From the IMG/VR virus record IMGVR_UViG_3300047160_021165, positions 589 through 64,588 of that record: DNA of 64,000 bases; one strand, given 5' to 3'. How positions within the stretch are numbered: the first letter of the stretch is position 1; the number at the start of each line of letters is the position of its first letter. The translations under genes and the position numbers were made by a program. The stretch comes from a virus. The notes under the pieces were generated by a model, which worked only from the letters and a program-made list of their open reading frames with translations, had not been told where the DNA came from and searched no databases. This document shows, piece by piece, positions 1 through 8,318 of the stretch.

Positions 1-995
1 GCATGAGTACCGTTGAAAGAAGTGATTACAGTATCACTACCGCCGCTTCTGATTCCAACCCCAATAGTAGTTCCGTTTAGAACGAAATAAACTCCGTCAC
101 TAGAGTCGTAAGCACCCCAACGACGTATGTTGTTGGCTACTCCGGTATCTCCCAATCTCGTAGAACCAACAAAAGCATTAACTGTTCCGGTTAAGAACCT
201 ACCCCTTAATAAAGAGCCCAGAAAAGCCGAAGAGTTAGCTGTAGTTCCAGTGGATAAAGTGTTTTGTCCGGAAGCTACCACCGAGGTTCCACTACCAGTT
301 AAAGTTGTGGACCACATATTAGTATCTAAGAGGGAACCGGTTTGTTCATTTCCGATTAATAAAGTAGCCGAAGTGACCCTAAGTTCATTTCTAGAATCAA
401 TGTTGGCGTATTGATATGTTTGGGGGTCAGCCAAAATCAAGCTACTGCCTACGGTTCCAGATATTTCGGAAGCACGCATAATGGCATTAGCAGTACCACT
501 GGTATAGGAAGTAACAACTACTCTGGCGTTGGATGCTCCACCAGAACACAATACGGCCAAAACTTGCACTGTGTTAGCAGAAGCGAAGGTTATAGTAGAA
601 GTGACGGTTGAACTGGTAACGTTGAAGAAAGAACAGTTAGTCCAAGTAGTTCCGCCATCGATGGAACATTGAGGGGTGATTGTTCCGACTAAAGTACCAG
701 CTGCTAGTTGAAACCCTACGGAGGTCATACCGGCTAGGGATATCGATATAGTAGCGTTTAGCGCGCCCAAGGCAGTACTAGCGGTAGTAGTATCGGGGGT
801 TTGTACGTGAAGTAATTGGTTTCCAGCGTTACCGTTGGAGGAAGAAGTGATTAAATTGCCAGAGCCATCCAAAGTACGAGCGGAAATAGAACCGTCCGTT
901 TGGACTTCCATGAAGTTGTCTTCAACTCCAGTAGAAGGATTAGCTCCGGCTATTTTAACCGGTAGAGATGATTGAACTTCTGTTAGGTCAGCCAT
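1..995 (-). CDS. Putative virion structural protein, partial (runs off window start; absent from ORF track)
   Basis: ATG at 995 with upstream AGGAGGGCT. Frame open to window edge: MADLTEVQSSLPVKIAGANP..., Ser/Thr/Gly-rich. N-terminus resembles the 1018-2121 protein (MAD..SSLPV). Confidence 0.7.
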   Translation of the reverse strand, partial: MADLTEVQSSLPVKIAGANPSTGVEDNFMEVQTDGSISARTLDGSGNLITSSSNGNAGNQLLHVQTPDTTTASTALGALNATISISLAGMTSVGFQLAAGTLVGTITPQCSIDGGTTWTNCSFFNVTSSTVTSTITFASANTVQVLAVLCSGGASNARVVVTSYTSGTANAIMRASEISGTVGSSLILADPQTYQYANIDSRNELRVTSATLLIGNEQTGSLLDTNMWSTTLTGSGTSVVASGQNTLSTGTTANSSAFLGSLLRGRFLTGTVNAFVGSTRLGDTGVANNIRRWGAYDSSDGVYFVLNGTTIGVGIRSGGSDTVITSFNGTH

Positions 996-1017
996 TTAGG
1001 AGCCCTCCTAAAGCCTA

Positions 1018-2121
1018 TTAGACTTCAGTTCCTTCGATGGTTGAATAGATATCGAAGGCTTGTTTATCTTCGTTGGTTACTGTTACACGAACCCTAACAC
1101 CGGCAGCCACTGCTATAACGGAAACTACAGTGATATCGATGTTTGGTGTAGCTGTGGAGTTGAAACCCACGAATTTTGTTGTGAATGTGTTGGTGGCAAC
1201 ACCTGTTTCTACTTGAACTTGGATTTTAATCTTACCAGAACCGGAAGCCCAAATACGAGCTAGGTTCAGAGTTTTACCAGCAGTTACAGTATAATCGTGG
1301 TTATCTGTACCGGCGGCTGCAATAGAGGATGCATCTTTGTAATCCTGGATTGGAGTACCAGGAACTGTGGAAGTTACTATAACTGGCAGAGGGTTGGCAG
1401 TAGAGAAAGCAGTTCCAGTAGCATCGAAAATGTCTACTTTTAATTTACCAGTGGTATCAGTAGATAACGTTCTTAAGTTAGTACCATCACTACCGCCGAC
1501 TTGAACGCTGTCAAATGGTACTGCAGATCCAGTTACACCTTCAGCTGCTAAATCAACATCTAGGCGTTGTTTAGAGTTAACGAGAGTAGAGGTAATGGCG
1601 GTTCCAGCACCATCTTCTGTTCTGGAGTTTACAGAACCGATTAGGTTAGTACCAGCTGGAAGTGGTTGAGTTACATCAACTTTCAGCTCGCCAGCACCAG
1701 TTAAGGACGCTGTGTTTGTTCCGTCAGTTATGAGAATTGGCCATGCGCCACCGATAGCGGCTGCAGTACCCTGAGCTACAGTTGCATTAAGGGCGGATGC
1801 TACAGCCTGGGCTACGATAAGCCTTCCGCTGGAATCCACTTGAACAGCGGCTTGTAGACCAGTTGTAAGTGTAGGTAATGTGGAGTTATATTGACCAGCG
1901 ATTAAACTAGCTTTAGAAGCAGCAGTACCAGGGCTAACTGGACCATCAGAAGCATCCAAAGAATTAACTGGAGCAAGAGTTGTATTGTTTACAAGTACTT
2001 GTTGATTACCGCTGGCATCAACAGCAGCGGCTTGGGATGTCGTTGTTCCGTCTACTAACTTAATGGCCACGTCGCCATTGGTTTCGGTGCGTACTGGTAA
2101 GGAGCTATTAAAGTCAGCCAT
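1018..2121 (-). CDS. Putative virion structural protein (367 aa, Thr/Ala/Gly-rich, internal repeats)
   Basis: Long ORF with beta-rich composition, repeated DG..t...G.LKV units and a C-terminal YTVTAGKT module. Function inferred from composition and context only. Confidence 0.6.
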   Translation of the reverse strand: MADFNSSLPVRTETNGDVAIKLVDGTTTSQAAAVDASGNQQVLVNNTTLAPVNSLDASDGPVSPGTAASKASLIAGQYNSTLPTLTTGLQAAVQVDSSGRLIVAQAVASALNATVAQGTAAAIGGAWPILITDGTNTASLTGAGELKVDVTQPLPAGTNLIGSVNSRTEDGAGTAITSTLVNSKQRLDVDLAAEGVTGSAVPFDSVQVGGSDGTNLRTLSTDTTGKLKVDIFDATGTAFSTANPLPVIVTSTVPGTPIQDYKDASSIAAAGTDNHDYTVTAGKTLNLARIWASGSGKIKIQVQVETGVATNTFTTKFVGFNSTATPNIDITVVSVIAVAAGVRVRVTVTNEDKQAFDIYSTIEGTEV

Positions 2122-2139
2122 TTTAATACCTTAAATGCA

Positions 2140-2331
2140 TTAGAGGGTTTTTAGAGCTTCTTCGATTCTTAATCTGAGTTCTACTTCTTTGTCTGCCTGG
2201 ACTTTGATATTTTCTTGAATTCTTTTGATTTCGCTGTGTCTTTGCTTAATTAAGAATTCCATCTCCGCCTTAGCAGCAGAGACTTTGATCAATTCCAGTT
2301 TCATTCGCTCTATTTCTAGTTCTTTATCCAT
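2140..2331 (-). CDS. Small coiled-coil protein (63 aa), possibly a fibre assembly chaperone
   Basis: MDKELEIERMKLEL...EEALKTL has heptad character. ATG at 2331 lies directly after the upstream stop at 2333. Confidence 0.5.
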   Translation of the reverse strand: MDKELEIERMKLELIKVSAAKAEMEFLIKQRHSEIKRIQENIKVQADKEVELRLRIEEALKTL

Positions 2332-2332
2332 C

Positions 2333-2803
2333 TTATGGCTCCAAGAGTTGAACGCGAGTTTCAAAATCGCCTGGGGTTGGCCTGAAATTGGTGACGTTGA
2401 CCGTAAGAACATCTCCAGAATTAAGGAGGTATCCAGACGTTCCGCAATCAACTCTAGAGCTCAATCCACCGCCAAAATATGTTCGCCCTCTAGCGAATTC
2501 TATGCTATTTATGAGTATATCATAGGTGGCTATATTCGTTCCCGATAGGTCTATGGATTGGATATAATTGGTTTTTCCGGCGGGAACGGTGTAATTTAGG
2601 AGGGTAACTGTGGAGTTTGTGGCTACGGCTGTGGTTTGCTGGAACATGCTTAAAATAGTTCCAGAAGCGGCCTCAGTAATAGAGACAGCCTGAACTCCAG
2701 ATGGGATATTCCTAACAACTAAAGCATTTTCGGTACCAATAGGTGCAGAGCTTTTACGAACGAAAAAGCTAGCAAATACGGCAGCTTTGCTTGCAAATGA
2801 CAT
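2333..2803 (-). CDS. Putative structural protein, paralogue of the C-terminal module of 1018-2121
   Basis: LLNYTVPAGKTNYIQSIDLSG aligns with NHDYTVTAGKTLNLARIWASG. Confidence 0.55.
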   Translation of the reverse strand: MSFASKAAVFASFFVRKSSAPIGTENALVVRNIPSGVQAVSITEAASGTILSMFQQTTAVATNSTVTLLNYTVPAGKTNYIQSIDLSGTNIATYDILINSIEFARGRTYFGGGLSSRVDCGTSGYLLNSGDVLTVNVTNFRPTPGDFETRVQLLEP

Positions 2804-2897
2804 TTTGATTATCGCCCAATTTAACGTACCACAAAGTCAGGTACCAGGAACCCAGGAGGTCCTCTCAGTATGGACGAGACGTCCAACTGCAGTTTAA

Positions 2898-2906
2898 ATT
2901 ATAGCA
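2898..2906 (-). promoter_or_regulatory. Extended -10 promoter TGCTATAAT
   Basis: Intergenic, oriented toward the 2803 structural cluster. One of six TGnTATAAT sites. Confidence 0.65.
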
Positions 2907-2935
2907 TATATAAATTGGGCAATGGGATTGAGGAT

Positions 2936-3121
2936 TTACTTCTTTTTAAGAACAGCTTCCAAGCCTGTCAGCAAAAACAAGATTCCATATAGGAGCTGTA
3001 AAGGACGACTCAAGGCTAAAGTCCACAGGGTTTCCAAAGGCCACAATATGAGGCCTAGACCTAGGTTTAAAAATACCAATAATATTATTATCTTAAAGAA
3101 TAATCTCATTCTAAATTCCAA
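2936..3121 (-). CDS. Small membrane protein
   Basis: 61 aa with two hydrophobic stretches. Overlaps the ung stop. Confidence 0.4.
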   Translation of the reverse strand: MEFRMRLFFKIIILLVFLNLGLGLILWPLETLWTLALSRPLQLLYGILFLLTGLEAVLKKK

Positions 3122-3780
3122 TCTATGGGTTCTTGCCCATTGTCTATTAAGAACTTGTTTATTTTAGAGAAAGGCTTAGAGTCAAAGAATCCTTTACTAG
3201 CAGATAGCGGAGACGGATGAGCTGCTTTTAATATCAGATGCTTGGGATTCCAGAGATGTCTTTCCATAGATTCTGCCCATTTACCCCAGAGAACGAAAAC
3301 CATCGGAGTGTTCTCAGCATTTAACATCTGGACGACAGCTTCCGTGAACGGTTCCCAGCCTTCTCCTCGGTGCGCTCCTGATTTATCCAGTTCTGTTGTA
3401 AGCACCGAATTGAGCAATAGAACACCCTGAGATGCCCAGTAGGATAAATCTCCATGGGAAGCTTTGGGGACGTTTAAATCAGAAGCCAGCTCTTTATAGA
3501 TATTCTTCAGCGTAGGTGGAATGGCCATCCCATCTGGAACTGAAAATGCCATACCGTTGGCTTGGTTTAAGCCCACATAGGGATCTTGTCCCAAAATGAC
3601 CACCCTGACGTTCTCGAGCTCAACCCAGTAGAAAGCTTCGAATACTTTATCCACGGGAGGACATATTATGGTTTTTTGTTCATCTAAGAACTTGGAGATT
3701 TTCTCTAAGGATGGTACATTGGGTCTGGATATCAGCGCCATCCACCAATCATGGGGTAAATCACTTAGATTGATTTTCAT
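3106..3780 (-). CDS. ung: Uracil-DNA glycosylase, family 1
   Basis: Motifs VVILGQDPY, SQGVLLLN, VFVLWG and HPSPLS. ATG at 3780 overlaps the upstream TAA (TAATG coupling). Confidence 0.95.
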   Translation of the reverse strand: MKINLSDLPHDWWMALISRPNVPSLEKISKFLDEQKTIICPPVDKVFEAFYWVELENVRVVILGQDPYVGLNQANGMAFSVPDGMAIPPTLKNIYKELASDLNVPKASHGDLSYWASQGVLLLNSVLTTELDKSGAHRGEGWEPFTEAVVQMLNAENTPMVFVLWGKWAESMERHLWNPKHLILKAAHPSPLSASKGFFDSKPFSKINKFLIDNGQEPIDWNLE

Positions 3781-4181
3781 TAATCCCACCAAGTTTGAAT
3801 GTATTTGGCCATATGCCTAAACAATCTATCTAGATATTCTTGCTTAAGCTTAGAGTCTTTTTCCATAAACTCTACGATTCTTTTGGATTCTTCTGGAGTT
3901 CTGAGAGGTAGTATTTCGTATTTATCCCAGGTAAGAGTATCAGCTAATTCTTCGAATCCCGACTCATCATAATAGCGATCGATAAGGTATATAGCGTATT
4001 TGATTTGCTTGGCTATACGGCGAGCTTCGGAAGGGTCTAAGGGGCAATCCCAGCTAGTGAAATGGCAGTGCATTCGATTGAGCTTAAATCTCAAAAGATT
4101 CAAAATAGAGGCAAAATCGTAGTCTTCATCTTTTATAATTACTGGTAGAAAGTCTTTGATTTTTTTGAAATTATGAAGCAT
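3780..4181 (-). CDS. Hypothetical protein (133 aa)
   Basis: ORF translationally coupled to ung; no motif recognised. Confidence 0.6.
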   Translation of the reverse strand: MLHNFKKIKDFLPVIIKDEDYDFASILNLLRFKLNRMHCHFTSWDCPLDPSEARRIAKQIKYAIYLIDRYYDESGFEELADTLTWDKYEILPLRTPEESKRIVEFMEKDSKLKQEYLDRLFRHMAKYIQTWWD

Positions 4182-4182
4182 T

Positions 4183-4365
4183 TTAGCCCCCTAAAGCAAT
4201 ATAAATTAACATTGCAAATATGACTAAAAGAGATACAGAACCTACAGTAATGCCTAGAGTAACCCACCAAGGAGTTAATGTATGGTTCGAATCCAATTCG
4301 GCTTTCTTCAAAAAGCAAAAAGCGCAAAAGAAAAGAAGTAAGCCAAATAATTGATTATAATGCAT
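4183..4365 (-). CDS. Small membrane protein
   Basis: 60 aa with two hydrophobic segments; packed tightly in the operon. Confidence 0.5.
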   Translation of the reverse strand: MHYNQLFGLLLFFCAFCFLKKAELDSNHTLTPWWVTLGITVGSVSLLVIFAMLIYIALGG

Positions 4366-4374
4366 AAATTTTCT

Positions 4375-4536
4375 CTAGTCCACAAAAGCCATTAACCAGG
4401 CTAGAAAAGTCAGCGCAATTCTAACCAGGACGTACATAACTACGCCCCAAAGCGCGTATAGCAGTATTACGAAGATGATAAAACTAGCCAAAATCAATAT
4501 GAAGGGGGATAATAAAAGTAAGAATATTGCGTTCAT
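4375..4536 (-). CDS. Small hydrophobic protein (53 aa; not in ORF track)
   Basis: AGGAG SD then MNAIFLLLLSPFILILASFIIFVILLYALWGVVMYVLVRIALTFLAWLMAFVD. Confidence 0.55.
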   Translation of the reverse strand: MNAIFLLLLSPFILILASFIIFVILLYALWGVVMYVLVRIALTFLAWLMAFVD

Positions 4537-4541
4537 GATTT

Positions 4542-4709
4542 TTACTCCTTTTCCCTAGCTTCTAAGATTTCTTCTAATTTGAGAATGCAGAGTCCGCATT
4601 TTCTACCTAATTTAGCTTTTTCTATGATTTCCTCAGAATCAGTTATACCAGCTTCTATGAATTTCTGTACGTCTTTTTCAGTTACGCAGCTACAAACACA
4701 TACAAACAT
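4542..4709 (-). CDS. bfd: Bfd-like [2Fe-2S] protein (55 aa; not in ORF track)
   Basis: AGGAG SD then MFVCVCSCVTEKDVQKFIEAGITDSEEIIEKAKLGRKCGLCILKLEEILEAREKE. C4-x-C6-x31-C38-x2-C41 is the Fer2_BFD ligand spacing. Confidence 0.75.
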   Translation of the reverse strand: MFVCVCSCVTEKDVQKFIEAGITDSEEIIEKAKLGRKCGLCILKLEEILEAREKE

Positions 4710-4720
4710 GGTTATCTCCT

Positions 4721-4891
4721 TTATTTTTCCTGGGATTTCTCAGGTTTGTATTGGAGAGCAGCTTTGATTGCTATTGGTTTGAGGTGGTAACCATAAGCTA
4801 TTTCATTTATGGCTTTTTCTTGAGACATTCCACCAGCAACCATAATGGCAACCAAACGTTTTATCGAGGATATTGTTAGTTGGTTTTGCAT
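4721..4891 (-). CDS. Hypothetical protein (56 aa; not in ORF track)
   Basis: GGGAGG SD then MQNQLTISSIKRLVAIMVAGG...; first gene after a sigma28-like site. Confidence 0.55.
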   Translation of the reverse strand: MQNQLTISSIKRLVAIMVAGGMSQEKAINEIAYGYHLKPIAIKAALQYKPEKSQEK

Positions 4892-4921
4892 GATTAAGCC
4901 TCCCTTTGCTTCATATAAAGC

Positions 4922-4949
4922 TTATCGGCTAGGGTTCATCCAATCTTTA
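4922..4949 (-). promoter_or_regulatory. sigma28-like promoter TAAA(GATT)-N16-GCCGATAA
   Basis: Read directly; lies 30 nt upstream of the 4891 ATG. Confidence 0.65.
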
Positions 4950-5115
4950 ATTGTTCTAAAAATAGCTGAGAATTGGGCAGGTTACGCCAATGTCTAGTAT
5001 ATGATTTTTGACGTCTAAGTGCTTTGGATGTCTGAATAGCCTTGAGTTTTCTGCCTTTTTTGGCTCTCTTGGCTTTAGCTTTTGGACCGATTTTAGTATC
5101 TCTTCGTTTTCTCAT
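4936..5115 (-). CDS. Very basic small protein (59 aa)
   Basis: MRKRRDTKIGPKAKAKRAKKGRKLK...; 21 K/R against 2 D/E. GAGGG SD. Confidence 0.55.
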   Translation of the reverse strand: MRKRRDTKIGPKAKAKRAKKGRKLKAIQTSKALRRQKSYTRHWRNLPNSQLFLEQLKIG

Positions 5116-5134
5116 TATGCCCTCTAAATATGAA

Positions 5135-5572
5135 TTAAGCTTGCAAAAACAAGTCTCTTTCTGCATTTCTACGTCTTAAAATACCAGCGCTTACTACGCC
5201 TCCGGCTCTATCCCACTTTGGAAATTCGTCAGCTGCTCCAGCAAAATCTTGCTGATTCACTAACTTAAGCAAAGTGGATTTCTCGAAATTGCCTGGACCA
5301 AGATTATAGGTAAAGCTAACCATGGCTGCGAATTGATTATCGCTCACATCTACGGTAATAGCTCCATCTACTGCTGATTCAAACCGGGCCAAATCACCCC
5401 GTAGGAGGCTTTCAGCTGCAGCCTCATCTATGACTTGCCCATCAAATACATCGGACCCAGTATGGCCGTAACCTACTGTAAGTACGCCCACTTGATCATA
5501 ATAAGCAGTTAAGCGTAAGCCTTCGAAGGATTTGATTAAATCAATCCCAGCTTGGTTTGTTTGTCTAGACAT
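5135..5572 (-). CDS. Endolysin, GH24 phage lysozyme
   Basis: IKSFEGLRLTAYYDQVGVLTVGYGHTG carries the E-x8-D-x5-T catalytic triad; also FTYNLG and RRNAERDLF. Confidence 0.93.
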   Translation of the reverse strand: MSRQTNQAGIDLIKSFEGLRLTAYYDQVGVLTVGYGHTGSDVFDGQVIDEAAAESLLRGDLARFESAVDGAITVDVSDNQFAAMVSFTYNLGPGNFEKSTLLKLVNQQDFAGAADEFPKWDRAGGVVSAGILRRRNAERDLFLQA

Positions 5573-5576
5573 GATT

Positions 5577-6125
5577 TTAACCGTATAAATATAAAGTTCT
5601 TTTATCCCATACTCGGTTGTCGAAGTCTTTCAAAGATAAGTTCTCAATATGGAAAATCAGATCAGATGGAGTAACTGGAGTATTAGTTTCAGCAATGAGA
5701 TTAGGAAGTTGAACCAAAAATTGAGTGGAACTTAAGATTTGAGTGACTAAGTTACCGCCTATGGAATTATTGACAGTACTGAGAAATACTTTATCACCAA
5801 CTGATAGAAGTGTCAAATCCCCACCGATAGCTGTTACTGCAGCGTAACCGGGATAGGAGATCACATCTACGCTGATATTAGTGGCATTGGAAGTGAACCG
5901 ATTGAGGGCAGTCGTAGTGGCTATTATGTTGTAATAGACATCATATTGAATGAAGGTTATATACCATTTGGCTATGTCGGTTGGAGTATTATACTTGGCT
6001 TCCCCAATATAACTAGGCATGCCGTTGGTCAAATGATCTATTAAGGTAACGACGATAGGCTCACCCGTAGGGGAGCCATCGACTACCTGAATCTGACCTT
6101 TATACCGTTTTCCACCATCTGACAT
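5577..6125 (-). CDS. Hypothetical protein (182 aa)
   Basis: ORF in the unit containing the endolysin; no family recognised. Confidence 0.55.
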   Translation of the reverse strand: MSDGGKRYKGQIQVVDGSPTGEPIVVTLIDHLTNGMPSYIGEAKYNTPTDIAKWYITFIQYDVYYNIIATTTALNRFTSNATNISVDVISYPGYAAVTAIGGDLTLLSVGDKVFLSTVNNSIGGNLVTQILSSTQFLVQLPNLIAETNTPVTPSDLIFHIENLSLKDFDNRVWDKRTLYLYG

Positions 6126-6152
6126 ATTAGACCCTCTTATTGGCGCCTAATA

Positions 6153-6527
6153 TTAGGTACCATCATCTGTTACGACTTCAAGTCTGGCAGGAGCTGCAGA
6201 CATTACTAGGAATTCATCTGTGGCTACAACTAGATAGGTTCCGGCATCAAGCATAAGAGCTGGGGAAGTTGTAGAGCTAACCACGGTTACAGATGTATCT
6301 GGGTAGAATGCTAGATAAGTAGTAGCTGCTACTTTGATTCTCAGAACGTTGGCTATACCAACTAGAACGGGAGCTGCAGAGGGGTCAGCAGTAATTACGT
6401 CTCCGGGGATCAGAACTCCACCCATGACCAATTTAGCGCCAGCATTGAATATGTGTTCAACTTGGTTAAGAGTTTCTTGACCAATAGTAACTTTTCTACG
6501 AGCTTTTTTGAGGGCGATTAGATCCAT
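6153..6527 (-). CDS. Hypothetical beta-rich protein (124 aa)
   Basis: ORF with a clean operon fit. Confidence 0.55.
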   Translation of the reverse strand: MDLIALKKARRKVTIGQETLNQVEHIFNAGAKLVMGGVLIPGDVITADPSAAPVLVGIANVLRIKVAATTYLAFYPDTSVTVVSSTTSPALMLDAGTYLVVATDEFLVMSAAPARLEVVTDDGT

Positions 6528-6530
6528 AAT

Positions 6531-6788
6531 TTATAACCCCTTTAAGGTTCTGTGTATTTCTCTAAGTAAGTATTTATGTAAGTCCCTGAATTTCTTGACT
6601 TCTGAGCTCATGAATACTTTCTCTAAGTCTCTAGCTACTTCTTTCTCATCGAAAAAACGCATTAAAACTCGAGGCTTAGATCCAGGAGTTTCGTCTATTT
6701 TGCACTCTATAAATTTTAAGCCCTGCAACATTAAAAATGCTGCTAAATCAACATCATGAGTTGAGAACTCTTTGAGAGGCTTATTCAT
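6531..6788 (-). CDS. Small protein resembling DUF5659
   Basis: FSTHDVDLAAFLMLQG resembles the DUF5659 N-terminal motif (from memory, unverified). Confidence 0.5.
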   Translation of the reverse strand: MNKPLKEFSTHDVDLAAFLMLQGLKFIECKIDETPGSKPRVLMRFFDEKEVARDLEKVFMSSEVKKFRDLHKYLLREIHRTLKGL

Positions 6789-6829
6789 AACGGCTCGTAA
6801 TAGCTAAAAACTTCCTAAGTCCTTAAAAT

Positions 6830-6838
6830 ATTATAACA
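6830..6838 (-). promoter_or_regulatory. Extended -10 promoter TGTTATAAT
   Basis: 2 nt after the NRAMP stop; faces the unit containing the endolysin. Confidence 0.65.
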
Positions 6839-6840
6839 TA

Positions 6841-8121
6841 CTAGCCTGGAAAAAAGATCATCTGTATAATCAGGACTATGGAAAGAATACTCAGCAGGCC
6901 TATAATGCCCCAGTTCACTACGTTATTCCATTTTTTGTTTTGAAATTCAGGACTTATCAGTTTTTTATCTTGGAGAAGTAACTGCAAGAAGATCATAGAA
7001 GTGGGAAGTACCAATCCAGCGAAGATTTGAACTCCGATTATGATCGCCTGGAGTGGAATATGGGGTATAGAAACCACCAAGGCAGCAGCTAAAGTAGCCA
7101 GAATATAGACAAAGTAGAAGGATTTGCCGTCTTTGAAGCTTAGATTGAGACTGCCTGGCTTTTCCATAACTTCAGCATGTGCCCAGGAACTAGCCAAGGA
7201 TATCGCCATGGTACCCAAAATTGCTGAATTCGCGAATAGCAAAAGAAGCAGATTCTTCCAATATACTCCGATGGTTGCTCCTAGATCCCTGGCCATTTGA
7301 GCGGGATCTGAATAAGCTATTCCCTTGGCTTTTAGGAGAGCTCCAGCGTACATCATGCCTCCGGCAACCAGGATAGTGAAAACAGCTCCTATCATGGTAT
7401 CTAGCCTGGAATCGGCCAGGTTCTTAGCTTCTAGCTTTTTATCGACTATACAGCTTTGTTGGAAGAACAGTTGCCAAGGGGCTATGGTTGTTCCCACAAT
7501 GGCTATTATCATAAAAATTAGGTTGGAAAAGCTGCCACTATAGGAAAGTGCAGGAATTACAGCATTCTTTAGATCAGCCCCATTCAGACCGAACTTGTAA
7601 CTGAAAGCCAGCCAAGAAGCATCGCAAACGCATAGGAGTATTGCGATTTTTTCCCAGCTGAAGTAACTTCCGCTAAGAATAATGGCATTTAAAAAAAGAA
7701 CAGCGGGGATCATGACTGCCCAGGCTGGGAGTGATAGCGCCGATGCTATCATGGCTAAAGCTGCGAACTCAGTTAACAGAGTTAAGAAGTTCAGGATATG
7801 GAGATTGGTTATGGAATAACGGCCCCAGAACTTACCGAATTTCTCATAAATAAGAGCTGCATGGCCTTTCCCAGTGCTCAGGGCTAGGCGAATTACCATT
7901 TCTTGGGCTAGATAAGTTATAGGGAGTAATAGAAGGAGAAGCCAGAAAAGCTTGGTACCGTAAATGGCTCCAGCTTGGGTATAGGCGGAAACTGCTCCAG
8001 CATCGTTGTCAGCTTCCATAACGATTAATCCAGGCCCTAAAACCATTAAAAATGTAAGGATTCGTATTATTAATGGGTTTTCGATTATTCTCTTTTTGAG
8101 AGCGAGTATTCTGTTTGCCAT
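6841..8121 (-). CDS. NRAMP-family divalent metal transporter (NRAMP-related subgroup)
   Basis: About 11 TM segments. TM1 region GPGLIVMEADNDAG, AQEMVIRL, and TM6 region GTTIAPWQLFFQQS match the NRAMP-related pattern. Confidence 0.88.
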   Translation of the reverse strand: MANRILALKKRIIENPLIIRILTFLMVLGPGLIVMEADNDAGAVSAYTQAGAIYGTKLFWLLLLLLPITYLAQEMVIRLALSTGKGHAALIYEKFGKFWGRYSITNLHILNFLTLLTEFAALAMIASALSLPAWAVMIPAVLFLNAIILSGSYFSWEKIAILLCVCDASWLAFSYKFGLNGADLKNAVIPALSYSGSFSNLIFMIIAIVGTTIAPWQLFFQQSCIVDKKLEAKNLADSRLDTMIGAVFTILVAGGMMYAGALLKAKGIAYSDPAQMARDLGATIGVYWKNLLLLLFANSAILGTMAISLASSWAHAEVMEKPGSLNLSFKDGKSFYFVYILATLAAALVVSIPHIPLQAIIIGVQIFAGLVLPTSMIFLQLLLQDKKLISPEFQNKKWNNVVNWGIIGLLSILSIVLIIQMIFFPG

Positions 8122-8274
8122 AACAGACCTCCTTTTTACCTGAATTTTAAGTTATTTGATATAAATCCCTTTCATTTCCGCAAGATAAGAACCATTCTTA
8201 AACATTGGGAAATAAACGAAAAGTAACTACCAGAATTCTACCATTTTTGGTAGAAGTTCAGGCAGCTTAAGTGA

Positions 8275-8301
8275 CTATCGGTATTTTGGGGGAAATCTTT
8301 A
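8275..8301 (-). promoter_or_regulatory. sigma28-like promoter TAAA(GATT)-N15-ACCGATAG
   Basis: Intergenic, upstream of the NRAMP gene, exact 15-nt spacer. Confidence 0.65.
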
Positions 8302-8318
8302 GATTATTTGATAAGCAT

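Noticed and set aside
127-611. Plus-strand ORFs 127-414 and 411-611, and the many other short ORFs antisense to long genes
   Set aside because: They are shadows of coherent opposite-strand genes, with no SD or recognisable motifs.
2804-2890. Hammerhead ribozyme (CTGAGAG and CGAGAC look-alikes)
   Set aside because: The core needs CUGAnGA and GAAA in the right order on one strand; neither is satisfied.
4284-4294. GGTTCGAATCC, resembling a tRNA T-loop
   Set aside because: The T-stem extends only 3 bp, no acceptor, D or anticodon arms can be built, and it lies antisense within a CDS.
8122-8274. Metal-sensing riboswitch (M-box, yybP-ykoY) ahead of the NRAMP gene
   Set aside because: The leader is AT-rich with a single short hairpin and I could not see the conserved cores. 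An Rfam scan would settle it.
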